The notes beneath the pieces were generated by a model. The model was not told the origin of the DNA. It was given only the letters and a program-made list of their open reading frames with translations, and did not search any database. From Lytechinus pictus (lineage: Eukaryota): a stretch of DNA of 64,000 bases. The translations under genes and the position numbers were made by a program. The number at the start of each line of letters is the position of its first letter. Position 1 is the stretch's first letter. Shown here one piece after another: positions 45,011-58,592 of this stretch. The stretch covers positions 22,074,001-22,138,000 of the forward strand of contig NC_087252.1 in assembly GCF_037042905.1 (NCBI RefSeq), in the 5' to 3' direction.

Positions 45011-47878
45011 ATGGCAGCAGGAGCAAATGTTGGTCGTGATGAGGCGTACATGTATACCACCATCAACAATGCTGCAATTGCAGTCACCACCACCACTGCT
45101 GCCACCACCATCAGTGCTACTAATGCCACCACCACCAAGTCTGCTTCTGCCACTGCCATCACTATTGCCACCGCCACTACCAAGACCACTCCTGACACAA
45201 AGCCCCCAAGTCCTCAACTGACCAGATATTGCAACTGGAGAAGGATAGACCAGGAACTTCAAAGTCAGGGCTTGCCGGTCTCCTACAATAAGAAAAATGC
45301 CAAGGGCCCATCTAATGAACTTGTTGCAGAATATTTGGCCACAGTTGTAGAAAAGCAGAGACTAACATGCAGCCACAGGTAAAAATCAATGTCAGATATG
45401 ATGGATAGTCTTTGAAATATGGGTTGCAGAATGAATATCAGTAAAACCCATCATGATGTGCAATCTGATTTAACCCTAAAAAGGCGGTGGGGGGCTCAAA
45501 AATTTTCGCGATAAATCCACAACGTGAAAGATGGTGCCGCGTCATTATATGCCTTTTTTTTAAAGATTCATGAGTTTTCAGACAAAATTTGTGACACATG
45601 GGTACCCGGTTCTGTAATTACGCAACGTTGTGTAAGTACATGTCAGAATTGCTTTAAAATGTGATTTCATGAACAAATCCAATGCAAATTCTGTTTCTAG
45701 CCAAAATTCATAATTGTATCATACCGGTAATTTTTATTTTTACTGATTAAAATCAATTACTTTCAAGTTGCTTATGATCAGAAAATTTTGTCAACAATAT
45801 AAAAAAAAAGTATTTAAAAAAAAACAGATGAATGGAATTTGATATCATTTAACGTTTATGTGTCTGAACAAAAAAAAAAACACTTCAAGGGCTTTGTTTA
45901 TAGATTTCCAGCCAAATTCTAATTTCATGCATGAATAAGTAAAATTTATTAATTACAAATAAATTTAAATAATTTTAGAACGATCAAATATACAATTTTT
46001 TCATCTGTGACAGGCATGTTGCATTTTTTCACAATTGCGCAATTAACGGTCAAGATCTTGAGGGCCCCCACCCCCCTATCTTTCCTGCCTCCAAAATACC
46101 CTGGTAGTCTTATTAGGGTTAGATTAGGTTTACATTAAAATATAAAATTCTTACAATGGATTTCAGTGGCGTAATGAGCCAAATATTTTGAGAGGGCTAA
46201 ATATGGCGGATGGAACAAAAGTTCTCCAAAGATGCAAGAGAGCGAAGGGAGTGAGCAAAATTGTTGAACTTTTTTAAATACAGAAATCAAATTTTTAGAA
46301 AGATTTTGACGTAATCAGAAAATAATAGACTATTTCACCCTTTCCCATTCCCTTTTTTTTCTTGGTCATGAAACATTGGGGGGGGGGGGGGCATTGCCCC
46401 CTCATCTATACACCAGTGATCGATTTAATACTTTTTGCATGTACGATGACAACGCTCGCTCTCTCTCCCTCACCCATCCTCACTACGTGTACATGTGTGT
46501 GCAAGATAAATTATGAGGAACAATTGCATAGCATATGAAGTGATGTTTCTCAACCAGAGATTCCTTATATATTATCTATTGTTGCATGTTTGCATTTTTG
46601 TTCATCATATTAACCCATCTTGATCCCTTTACCCCCCCCCCCCCCCCCCCATGATAAAAACTTAGTAGTCAAATGACGTTTCCTCTTATTTTCTTTTGAT
46701 ATACATGCAATGTATACATGTGAGAAAAAAAAGTGCCAAACATTTTTTGAAAATTTCAATTTAATTTATTCCTTCAGGTGAGGCTTTGTCCACATTTCCA
46801 GAAAGACACAAGATAGTATCAGAAAGCCATGCCAAAATCAACGACTGAAGGGTTTGGAGAGCCATACAAAGAGCCTAGAAATGTGATTTCACCTGTAAGT
46901 TAAACACTCTTGATTATAATTCTGATTCACTTTGGCATAGGAAGTATGTCACATGATAACAATTTGAATGATTTTTGTCTTCTTGATTTGCTCTTCGTCA
47001 AGAATCCAGTCCATATTTTAGAATTAAACTCTAAGTTCAAGGTGTTAAATTGATATATGATATTTCTTTTGCAGCTGCAAAAACAACAAACCAATATCAA
47101 TCATTGGTAGATAATGTGACTTGCTTTCTCTTGCCAAAGTGGTACATGAATATTCTGCATTTCTATAATTATTGACCCCCACCACTACCACCTAAGATGC
47201 AACATGTCAAATTACTGCAAAGACATAGATGCTAGTTATTCACTTCATCATATTTTTAATTATTAATTTGTCAGTAAAGGAGTAATAGGACTCAGGTAGA
47301 TTACCCGAGTAGCTCACATAATTTTTTTTTACTGGTAGACCCTTTACATTCATTTGATGAATTGAGTTGATGCAAAATCAACTGAATGTAATGAGTACAA
47401 AATCCTGTTAATAAACCTTACTAGGTGAGGCTATTCTGGTAGATCATCCCTGGGGGCGCCTGAGGATCTTGTCCATTTAGAGAAATCTTGCAAAGTATCG
47501 AAAGGTGCCTCCACCCCCCCCCCCCCCCCAGTCTATTAAGGGTTAACAATGAAAATGAAATTAGGAATAACTTTGGTATCTTGCTTATATGCATTATAAA
47601 TTAATTTCTATTTCAGGTACTTCAATCACATGAACAGCAGCAGGAGCAAAAACAGCAGCAACCACACAGGAGATGTAACGACAGCATTGACCAACAGCAA
47701 CAACAACAGCAGCATAAACAATTTCTGCAGGAGGTGCAAAAACCACACCGGCAACCTCAACAACATCAAGATGTCCAACAACCACTCCGGGAACATTAAC
47801 AGCAACCACAACTTCAGCAAGAGTTTCAACAAACACATCAACAAAAACCAACAGCAGCAGCAACAACAGCACTTATGA
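45011..47878 (+). pseudogene. exon-like segments inside the Harbinger-like element (45011-45378, 46778-46894, 47617-~47878); Thr/Pro-rich and Gln-rich
   Basis: AG/GT boundaries, upstream donor GTAAGT at 43013, AATAAA near 48033 and 48068. Joined frames contain stops. Confidence 0.5.
45474..46118. mobile_element. decayed piggyBac-like MITE nested in the Harbinger-like element
   Basis: TTAA-CCCTAAAA ... TTAGGG-TTAG; similar to 21415-22178. Confidence 0.65.
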
Positions 47879-50800
47879 AATGAATTTAATTGAAACTCAA
47901 AAGCCAATGAGGAAACATCTTTTACAAAATGAGACATCATTTGTTCATTCTTTTACAGGATAAAGGAAAGCTTTTTTGAAAGTGTAAATTTGCAGGAACA
48001 CAATGTATGTTCCCTCTGTATCTATTTATTGAAATAAATTTGACTTTAAAAAGAATGAATGATGATTCAATAAATATCTACTTTTTATTTGTCAATGAGT
48101 AAAAATACATGTATTTTCTATTTAGAATGACAAAAAGCAATTTATCAAATCAAAATCATCAAAAAATTGACCAATATGGCTCTTAGGCCCTCAAAATTGT
48201 TGGTATTTTGATGAAAAAGCTGTTTCTGCGGCAATATTTGACACAGCTCAAATAGCTGCGTCAAATTTGCCGCAGAAATTGTCATTTGCCGCAGCTCCTT
48301 GAGCTGCGTCAAATATTGCCGCTGAAATTGTCATTTGCCGCAGAAAGTATCTGCGGCAAAGTTTTATGAAACGGAAACTTGACGCTGTTTTAAGATTTGC
48401 CGCAGAAACACAGATTTGCCGCAGAAAATGGGAGTTGCCGCTGCGGCAAATGTTTTATGAAACGGGCCCCTGACTGACATATTTTCTCAGAAAATAATAC
48501 GGTTTTTCGTAGAACTAAGTTGGTTAATTAGAATGCTTCATGTCCGTCATTATTAAATATGTATTTCAGTACATTGTCAAATATCAGGGGTAGATGTGGA
48601 CTTGTTCAGTAACGGCAAAGCTGCATTAAATAAAGCCAAATAATATACACCGGTACCGTAATCAGAGCGAGAAATGGGCATTGATACCGCCGGTGCCAGT
48701 CGGCTGCATATTTGCCGATGGCGATGTAGGCTAGGTCATTAGGTGTTGGGAATCAAGCAAGCTTGAGTTGAAGTTTAAAGTTGGGCCTGGGCCTACTGAT
48801 TTTTTGACACTATTCCATCTATTTATGAATCAATATAATTATCTGCATTTAAAAAGAAGTTAATTTAGATTAATTATTTATATGAACTAAATCTATTTGG
48901 AATGATCGGTAGATTTCCCTCTGCATGCCCACTTATTACCACTGGAATGATTTGAGACAGATTTTAACATTAGTCCCTTTTTACTACAAAAAAGTAAGGC
49001 CCTAGGATAGGTCTAACTTAGATCTAGATTTCTAAAAATGAAATTCTAGATCTGTCTGGTTTGACTTTTTTCTACGAAGATTTCAGTTAACTTTATTCTA
49101 CTTTCTTGTCCCTGCCTGGACCGTTGGGCTTAAGTTAAATCATATAACAGAGTTAAATGATTTTTTTTTTTTTTGGGGGGGGGCAGCATTTCTTTGTCAG
49201 GTTTCAGACTGCTCAGTTATCGTATACCATGAGTGCAATTTTTATGGGAAGGGTTGAGAAAATTAAGTGCCCCATTTTCAATTTTGTAAGTATCTAGCAG
49301 AGAGAGGGCTGATCCAATTGATTTATCTCTATTGTCCTCCTCACTGGACCTTAATGGTGAAAGGCAAAGGGTCATTTAAACTTGCGAGCAAGCTAACTTT
49401 TTTAAATCAAAATCAAACTTAAAGAGGAACTCACTTAGACGTAGAGATTCACGGGTTTATAGATCTAGACAAAAAAAATATATATATAATTGTCTTGCAC
49501 TGGTGAATGAGCGAGAGCCAAATTATCACACAAATATTAATTATCCTACATCTGTCAAAGCTGACTTGGTGTATAAGATTGACAAAAGGCCTCGCTATAG
49601 TAGGCCACGTATGCTTGAACCATTTACTGACTCTTATTGACAATGAAGATGGTCGGTGGAAACAGAGCCAGGTATGCCTATTTCGTCAGTGGAACATAAT
49701 ATAGAGAGAAGGAAGTTTTCGGTCAAGACCAGCTTTTTTCTAGTTGGGAATATTCATAGGCTTAGAATAGGACTAGCTGGAAATTTTGAAAATATTGTTT
49801 TAAAAGAGGAATTTTATTTATCACCTCTAAAATTCTAAACTGTATTGTGTGTATTTTGAATTGCAGATCCAATGGGATCAAGTTCTTAGCAGTCCCAGCC
49901 CAGTCAGAAGTACCAAGTCAACTACCATTTACACATCACCAAGAGTTACAATCTGATGAGGAACAGGATATATGAACTCAAAACTTGTAAGGTATACTTG
50001 TTTTCGTTAAAGAAGGCCTCCTATTTCTTTTTTTTATTTGGGGGGGGGGGGGGAGGGCTATAGCAACTTTTTCTGAATCATGTTATCCCATATAGTAAAG
50101 CTCCGTAGTGAGTTAATATTTATTTGGATTCAGATTTACCAGTATTTCCATTCTCATCAATGCATACTTATTGTCCATGTCTCTTATCTACATGAGTCAT
50201 ATGTGAAATCACTTTAAAACTCAGTTAATCTGTAGACAAAAAAAAAAGGACAAAATATTGAGAGTAATCTTATGATATATATTTAAATGAGTTTACACAC
50301 TTAATCAAAAAAGTTTGTTGAATAATGATCTACAAATAGTGATCTATGATTTTTATCTGGCTATATAGATTACTACATGTGCATTATCTTAACAATATTG
50401 CATGGAAGAGTAGGGCCTAATAAAAAAGTTTAAAACTTCTTAATAAACTGAAGTAGATGAGTTAGAATAATTTATATCAGCAGCTCATTTTTTTTTTTTT
50501 TTTTTTTACCATGCAGGTTCCGCATGCAGTTTGAGTATCACCAGGGCAGACTATAAGAAGAAATATGGAGGCCAAGTTCATAACAAGTAGTTACTTCATC
50601 ACAATTACAGTATACACATTTTTAAAATTGAATGAATTTGAATAAACGTGTCAATACATATTTAATGTTGCTTGAATTACACATCTGTAGAAAAAAAAAT
50701 TGGAGTATAGATATTTAGGTCCATAGGTTTCACACAAGATTGAAATATTTTCCCAAAGGGCACACCTACCCACCCTTTATTAATGTTCTACTCATCTACA

Positions 50801-53090
50801 TGTAGTAGTAGTGAAAGAACTTTTAATGATTTAAGTAGTTTGAAAGGGATAAGTTGTATTATGGTAATATAATTAATTCAGAATGTGTCTTTACTAAGTT
50901 CTGGGCTATGTAATATACATGCCTACAGACATGCATAAGACAATAAGAAATAATTGGTTTTCATTGAAAAATGTGCATACTAAAAAACAAGGTGACAGAA
51001 CAAAGGATTAAGAAATCACTCTCATTCCTGGACCCCATTTCATTAAGACTAACCACTACTCTAACTTTGCCATTCTGGTAAGTAACGTGGAAACATTAAA
51101 GCAACAGATCAACATTGAGGTTCCAATGCTAGTTGCTAGTTACAATTGGGGCAAATTTACCATAATTGAAGTCTTTATGAAACAAGGATCTGTAGTGCTG
51201 GACATTAAGCTGTTAAATTTATTTTTTTTGGGGAAGTGAAAAGTTGCACTGTTTTGTTCGTTTTTAATCTCTTTTTTGTTCTTGTAGCACTGTATTGTTC
51301 ATGTCCCATATTATGAACTAAATTAGCTCTGCAAATGAAAAAAAAAAATGTTGGAAATAGAACACAGCTCTAGCAGCACTACACAACAATAGACAATAAG
51401 CAAATTTGTTACTAATTTACTAATGTGCAGATTTGGGAAGGCACTCTTTAGAGAAATGTGGCAATGTGCTCCCTTTTTTGTGAAGTGCCCTCGGTTAGAT
51501 TAGCATGCTATTTCTTGTCAGCAAATGCTGAAAAAAAATTACTTGATATTTAAGTAACTGACTTTGAGATAGAGGTGTATCGTTAATTTTGTTTAATGAC
51601 ATCCTTGATGTCCCCTTATATTGACTATATATAAGGCTTATCAATACCTATGTAAGTTTTCTATATATATTTTTTTTTCTCTCTAGATTTTACCAAAGAA
51701 ATTACATCCCCTCCCTTGTAACAGCCTAGCCGTTTCTGTTGCAATCATTATATGCATTTTGCTGATGTAATGTGATGCTTTGGCTAGAAAAAAAAGGATA
51801 GGAATATTTTGATCACGTATTCAGAAATTGATTCCTTAATAAATATTTTAATTTGAAATATACTTTCTAATCTTGATATTCGTGATTCATTTATTCACAT
51901 TGCGTGAAAGATATGTGATAATGATGTTATTGTTACCACTGATTGTGTTGTGATGTAGGTAATGATGATACTGAAGAATACTTATATATGACTGGAATAT
52001 GATGGTGCTACTGTTTGATTGATTTTGTTTGTCAGGTATCTATGGGTATAGTACTAGTGAGAGGCAAGATAACCCATAAAAGATGTTGCAACATGGCATA
52101 CTGTGACATTTTAAAATCAAATTAAATATTCTTCCTAAAGAGATAAATGAGTTTGATTTAAGAGTGGGATAAAAATGATATAAGAATAATTGTTTGCTCG
52201 CATGATATGTGGTATGTGTGTGTGTGGAAGAGAGAGGGGGGGGGATGGGATCAATAGAGAGATTTGGGGGCGGGTAGGTAAAAATAAAATTTTGTTTGGA
52301 AGTGACCTTTTTAAGATCTAGCCTTGATGAGAGTGAATTCATGAGGGGGGGGGGGGTACTGGGCTGTCTTAATTTTGCTCCCATCCCAAACTCGGAAAAT
52401 GGGGGGGGGGGGGTGATCTTCATAAGATTTGCACCAGATTGTTCATTTCAATTTCAAAATATAGACAAAATGGCCTTTTAAATTGCTTTGCTCTCTTGCT
52501 CAGATTTTTCTGATCATTTTAAGTATTTACCCCCCCCCCAAAAAAAAAAAAAAAAAAAAAAAAACCCAAACATAATGAGGTGTAATGAAAATATTATGCA
52601 GTGATGACTGATAGAGCAAGCAGATCCCTAAGTTCAATCCTATTAATGAATTCCTTGTAATAGCTTCCACATTTCTTCAAGGGAAATAGCTAGCAAATAA
52701 TATGTAAACAAGGAAAGATGAATTAACAATTGAATGCCGGGGGGGGGGGTGAACGGGGGAATGAATGACATACTAAATCTACCTATATTATTTACCAAAG
52801 ACGCAACTCCATGAATTCATTTCATATTCAATCACGTCGCGCATTATGCTAATTAGTAACAATATACTTATTTGCATATCTTTACGCTGTGCGCGCAGGC
52901 CAATTGTGACCACGCCTCCGTTTCGCTGGTGTGCCATGAAGTTGCGGTGTCCATAGGCTTGTACGCGAAAAATGGGAGCAGTGTGCAATTTTGACCTTCC
53001 AAAATTTCCCCATGTCTGACCGGATGCAGAAGCGGAGTTTCACCCCCCTGAATAGTTTCAAAACTGGTTCCATTATAACCATAACTATTG

Positions 53091-55194
53091 CAGGGACCTG
53101 AGAAGCGGGGGTGCTGGGGGTGCTGAAGCACCCCCAGAAATTATCCTGGGGGTGCTGCGTGTATTATTTTCCATAGGCAGCATGCACCCCCACGAAATCA
53201 GGTTCCCCCTGTATTTTTTTTAAATATGTTATAATGTACATAATTATCACATCAGACAATCGCAAATCATTTACATAGTCTTTCACATATTCCAATAACA
53301 TCCCTCCTATATAACGCGACTCAATCAAGCTCCAGCGGGGCAGCACTCCGATACAGACGTAGTCGCGCGCAATACGTGATACACACTGGGGTGTTGGACT
53401 TGAAACTTCCAGGTTTTATGTCGAATCAAGTGAGCGCGCACCCGACCGCCCGTGTATTGTATACATAAATTACAAGTAATAGAAATCAAATTTCACAGTC
53501 TTTTTCGCCCTGCCCCATGGCCCTACGGGCTGGGAAGCGGGGGTGCTGGGGGTGAAGCACCCCCAAAATTTGGGGGTGCTGCGTGTGTTATTTTCCATAT
53601 ATATAGGCAGCGCACCTCCTGGAAATCTAGTGGTAGGTATGATAAATGACAGAAATGTAATGAAAATGAACGACGTTTTGTAGACCCCCCCCCCCCATTT
53701 CAGAATTTTCCGACACATTACTTCAAATAGTGTTTAAATTCACCCTCTTTCAGATCGGAATGTCAAATCGCGCTCGCATTATTGATTTTTATCATAAAAA
53801 ATGTATTTAGAATGCCCAGATACAAGGTCTAACTCTAAACACGCGCACGCACGTTTTATTCAGATACGCAGCTTGATTTTGGGGGGTACTCCGGGCTGAA
53901 AATATTTATATCAAATACATTTTATCAAAATAAATGAATTTTAACAAAATCTGATAACGATTAGTTAAGTTATTTAATTCTAAAGTTTAGCAATATTTTA
54001 TGAAAATGGTGATATGCATGTCGTCATGAATATTTAAGAGTTGGGTTGATGCTGTCACATCCCCACTATCCTAGCTGTTCCTTGCGGAATCAAAATTGTT
54101 TCATTTTTTTCATACCAGAATGAATGATATGTCTCCCTTATAATGAAATAAGTTGCAGCAAAGAATATCTAATGGACTAAATCAGTTGTCAATTCAACTG
54201 TTTTGGTTCTTGGAAGGAAAATATTGAATAAACCTAATTTCATATAATAAAATACAAAAGAACAAGTGGGGAATAATGCTAATAATAATAAATCTTTAAA
54301 ATGCAATAACTGTGATTCCTTGTCTGATTTTGATCAAATCTTTATTCTTATGTTCGTCTGAGTTTTCTTTATCTGTTCAAACCATTTTACATTCAGTGTG
54401 GAGTTTCAGATCAGAATATCAAAAATGTTCTGCTCGCGCTTCGCGCTCACATTATTAATTTAAGAATATATCCAATTACCCATCATTTTCTTGATTTACA
54501 AAACATGAATAGAATGTCCCGTTTTCAGGTCTGAAATCTCAATTTTGTTTCCGCTCGCGCTTTGCGCTCGCATCAATTGTATAGTTATATACCTATCCTG
54601 TTCATGATTAGAAAAGTGCATAAGATGTCTCGTTTTTAGGTTTGAAATCTAATTTTTATTTCCGCTCGCGCTTCGCGCTCGCATCAATTGTATAGTTTTA
54701 TACCTATCCTCATCATGATTAGAAAAATACTTAGAATCTCTCATTTTTTTGGTCTGAAATCTCAATTTTGTTTCCGCTCGCGCTTCGCGCTCGCATCAAT
54801 TGTAAATATACCTATCGTGCTCATAATTAAAAAACGTGCTTAGAATGTCCAGTATTTAGGTCGGAATGTCAAATTTTTCAGCTCGCGCTTCGCGCTCGCA
54901 TTATTTGATTGTTGATATATGTATCGTCTTCATGGGTAACTGCAAAACAGTCCTTATAACACGTCCCTTTCGATCAGGCCAGAGCGTATATAAAAAAATA
55001 TCTGCTCGCGCTCACAATTATTATTTGTTACATACGCATCTTGGACCACAAACATTGCTCAAAATGTTCAATTTTCAGGACAAAATACATGAAATTTCCA
55101 CAAAAAATAGCTCGCGCTTTGCGCTCGAATTATCTAATTATATATTTATATTATCTTATAAGAAGAAAGCCAAGAAGTGACTGTCATATATATT

Positions 55195-55225
<31 letters not shown>

Positions 55226-55330
55226 TATGTGTGTGTGTGTAATTATGTTAAACTCAATTGTGTCTGTCCCCTCCCACCTCTGAGGAGAGATTTCAGCACC
55301 CCCACTGAAAAAATCGTTCCCAGGTCCCTG
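53091..55330. mobile_element. 2.24 kb hAT-like non-autonomous element, 8-bp TSD AACTATTG
   Basis: CAGGGACCTG / CAGGTCCCTG termini; TSD at 53083-53090 and 55331-55338; internal ~110-120-bp tandem units with GCTCGCGCTTCGCGCTC at 54430-55130. Confidence 0.85.
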
Positions 55331-56128
55331 AACTATTGTTCACATTGTTGGGAGGGGCCCGCGGGAGTAAACCCCAATATTATGGCAAAATAGATTTTTT
55401 AAATATTAAAAAAAAAAGGTTAAAGGGGGAAGGGCAGAAGAAAATATGACCACCCCACTAAAAAAAAAAACAATAGACGAGTAGTTTCCTAATATAGCAT
55501 ACCTCTCCTTTTTTCCCCCTATCCCCGAACGGCCCGAAGTTGATGGGGAATATCTGCCGAAAGCATTCTTAAAGGGGAATCAAATCTCGGTCATAAATTG
55601 TTGTGTTGGAAAAGAGAAAACTAAGAATAACAGAATGAAGAAAGTTTGGAAGAAATCAGATAAAAAATAAGAAAGTTATGGATGCTTTCAGATTGGCAAC
55701 CGGGTAGGTAAATTATAACAAAGGGCAGGAATAACTTTCCTGTAGGCCTACTTAATTAAGACTATTTTGTGGTTTCCTCCCAAGTACGGGTTCCCCTGGG
55801 GCAGTATTCAAAATATAGCCCATAAAGCCTATTGGTTTATGTCCTCATGAAAGAAAAATATAAGTTGAAGTAAAACTTTTGAACAAAATGACATTTGAGC
55901 TATGTTATATAATTGGAGTAAATTTAATATATAGGCCTAGTAGTCATTGCCTTACATCAATATGACATCACAAATGCTGCCAATTTGAAGCCTCCATGGG
56001 TATAGTGATTTCCGATTTTTTAGAAATTCATAACTTTCTTATTGTCCGATATTGTTTACACTTTTACTACCAACTTTTTTTTTGTTTTCCTAAAAAAAAC
56101 ACCCAACTTTTTGTTTGTAGTGGATTCC

Positions 56129-57275
56129 GGTCAAGTCCACCACCAAAAAAAATGTTGATTGAATAAATAGAGAAATATCAAACTAGCATTACGCTGAATT
56201 AGATGTAAAATAAGAAAGTTATGACATTTTGACATTTTAAAGTTTCGCTTATTTTTCACAACAGGGCAGAGGAACGGTTTTGAAAGTGGGGGGGGGGGGG
56301 GGGGTTGACCATGCGAAAAATCACAACATTATGGCCATTTTTACGTTTTTGTGTTTTGTACACGGTTTTAGAATAAAGTGGGGGGGGGGGGGGGCTGAAG
56401 CCCCCCAAGCCCCCCCCCCCCGCGCTTCCCCGGCCCCTGCACAAAACATGATGTGCATAACTCAGTGAAATGCAAATGAGACAGTCGATGATATCCCACA
56501 CTCATTATTTTTTTTTTTTAATTGTTTGCATTATACAGTATTTCATTTTTTACAAACTATTTTGACAATAGGGACCAATTTGACTGAAATATAAAGTATT
56601 AAGCAATGGTAATACCACATGTTCAGTGAGGAATTAATCGTTGTTTCACTAATTGACAATAAGGAGCAAATTATAATATATTTCATATAATAAAAATCAA
56701 AAGAAATAGTAAGTGGACGTCATCTGTTCCCTCATTTGCATACCGACCAGGATGTGCGTATAACTATTTTGTGAAATTAAGCGAAACTTTAAAATGTCCG
56801 ATAACGTTTACATCCGACTTTGATGACATTTTATGCACATCCCGATCGGTATTCATAATGAGGGAACTGATGACATCGCTCACTCACTCACTATTTCTTT
56901 TGAATTTTATTATATGAAATATTCTAATTTTCTCCTCATTGTCCTGTGAAACAAACTTTTATTTCTCCCTGAACATGTTGAATTACCATTGCTTAACATT
57001 TTATGGTTCAGTCAAATTTGTCCTTATTGTCAAATCTGCAAAATTGCAATATTGTGTAATTCGAACAATAAAAAACAAGAAATAGTGAGGGACGTCATTG
57101 ACTCGCTCGTTTGCATGTGACTAAATTGTTTATATATTTTGTTAAAAATAAGCGAAACTTTAAAATGTCATAGCTTTCTTATTTTACACCCGATTCTGAT
57201 GAAATTTTCAATGTGTGCTTGTTTGATTATTCTCTATTTATTCAAATCAACAATTTTCTGGGGTGGACTTGACCT
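56129..57275. mobile_element. Kolobok-like element(s), composite
   Basis: GGTCAAGTCCACC ... GGTGGACTTGACCT-TTAA; two opposed partial copies of the 5690/11969 family. Confidence 0.6.
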
Positions 57276-58282
57276 TTAAAGATGGGAATAGGATGGTGTT
57301 TGGCCGCTGCTTATAGTGACGACATCCTGCGTTCGCACAGTGGGATCGAGTGGAGGGGGGGGGGGAGGAGTGGAGTGCATGGGGGTGACCGCATCCTTTC
57401 GAGACATCCGCGGGAGACTTTATTTGAAAGGGTGCATGCATGGGTGAGGGAGAGGAGTCAAATAAACGTACCCTTCCAGAAAACCGGGGGTGGGGGATTT
57501 CCACGAAAGCCTGTGTTGAGTGGTTTTCTAATCTAGTTGTTTCTGTATGAAAATTATATATCAAATAATAATTCTAAATAGGGGTGGCACCTTGGTATTG
57601 TGATAGGGAGGGGGAGGGGCAAGATGATCTCAAGAGGATGCCATAACATATAACGCGGTAAAAAATTTTGTATTAAGGAGTTTTTATTGAAAACTTCAAT
57701 TCACATACAAAATAAAACACATATAACAAATGGAAGTTTGATGTCTTTACAAGTTGATAAATACCTTAACAACTCATAAATTTAACAGCATTTTTTTCAT
57801 CTTAAGTGTTAAAATAAAACACAAGTGTTAAAATAAAACACAATGTCAGACATCTTCCAATGCATAATTATACATTGATGATAATAATATGCATTAAGAT
57901 TAAACTTCTACAATAAATTCAACATATTGAATTTTTTCCAGTGTCAAATATTATTATTATTTTCCAAATACACAAAAATAAATCATTTATAAAACCTAAA
58001 CGAATTGAAGTATGAAATTGATAATAGATGTGAATTTGAAACACTGGCTCACATACTAAAAATATGTGTCATTTCTCTTAGTCAAGAAAAGTTTATTTGC
58101 AGACACGATATGATCATTAACTTTGTTGTACAATCACTGATCGAAGCAGACCAATGGCACACATCTGGGACAGGCCAGGGACAGAAAGAGTTGCGTTTAA
58201 TAATCACAATTGAAAAAAATCAATCGCAAGTCCCGAATGCACGCTTTTGACCGGTTGAAAATAAAGATGTGTTTGATTTTCA

Positions 58283-58592
58283 GGCCTGTATATTCTGAAG
58301 TCGGGTTTAACTTAAAATCAGGTTTAAAGTTGTGGTTTAAGTATGGATAGCCATTTGTTACATAAATCAGTAACAGTAGATATATCATATTTCAGCTCAT
58401 TTGGCTCTCAAATCATTCACAATTGTCTAGGAAGTATAAATAGACGATTGTCTTCACCATCGATGAATCAGGAAATAGCACAGTAAACATAAGAAACATA
58501 CAACTAAAAAAAATTGACACGTTTGGTTTCCCATAATTTTAGCACAGAGTTAGACCATGGTCTAAGTTAAAGCTGACTTTAAAATATGGGCC
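58283..58592. mobile_element. Harbinger-like MITE (copy of 20732-21040)
   Basis: Reverse-complement match to 20732-21040. Confidence 0.75.

Larger units (their letters stand above)
42737..48469 (+). mobile_element. 5.7 kb PIF/Harbinger-like element with internal spliced gene relic
   Basis: TIRs GGGCCCGTTTCATAAAAC / GTTTTATGAAACGGGCCC. A second CCGTTTCATAAAA copy lies ~100 bp inside each end. Subterminal TTGCCGCAG repeats at 48225-48450. Flanks are CAG / CTG, not an exact direct TSD. Confidence 0.7.
42399..50665 (+). ncRNA. candidate spliced non-coding 5'-TOP transcript (exons ~42399-42565, 49201-49285, 49867-49991, 50517-~50665)
   Basis: TCT/TOP-like TTCTTTTT at 42397-42404. Donors GTAAGT at 42566 and 49286. 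Acceptors TTTGTCAG, TTGCAG and T-tract+ACCATGCAG. AATAAA at 50641. The longest ORF I found in the joined exons is 48 codons. Confidence 0.45.

Noticed and set aside
49201..49270. Selenoprotein reading through the TGA at ~49255
   Set aside because: TAA follows three codons later and no SECIS was seen
49944..49992. Second hammerhead candidate (CTGATGAG...AAAAC)
   Set aside because: Stem II does not pair and GAAA is absent
49286..50516. Specific intronic snoRNA calls
   Set aside because: Hairpins present, but no correctly placed H/ACA or C/D boxes by eye
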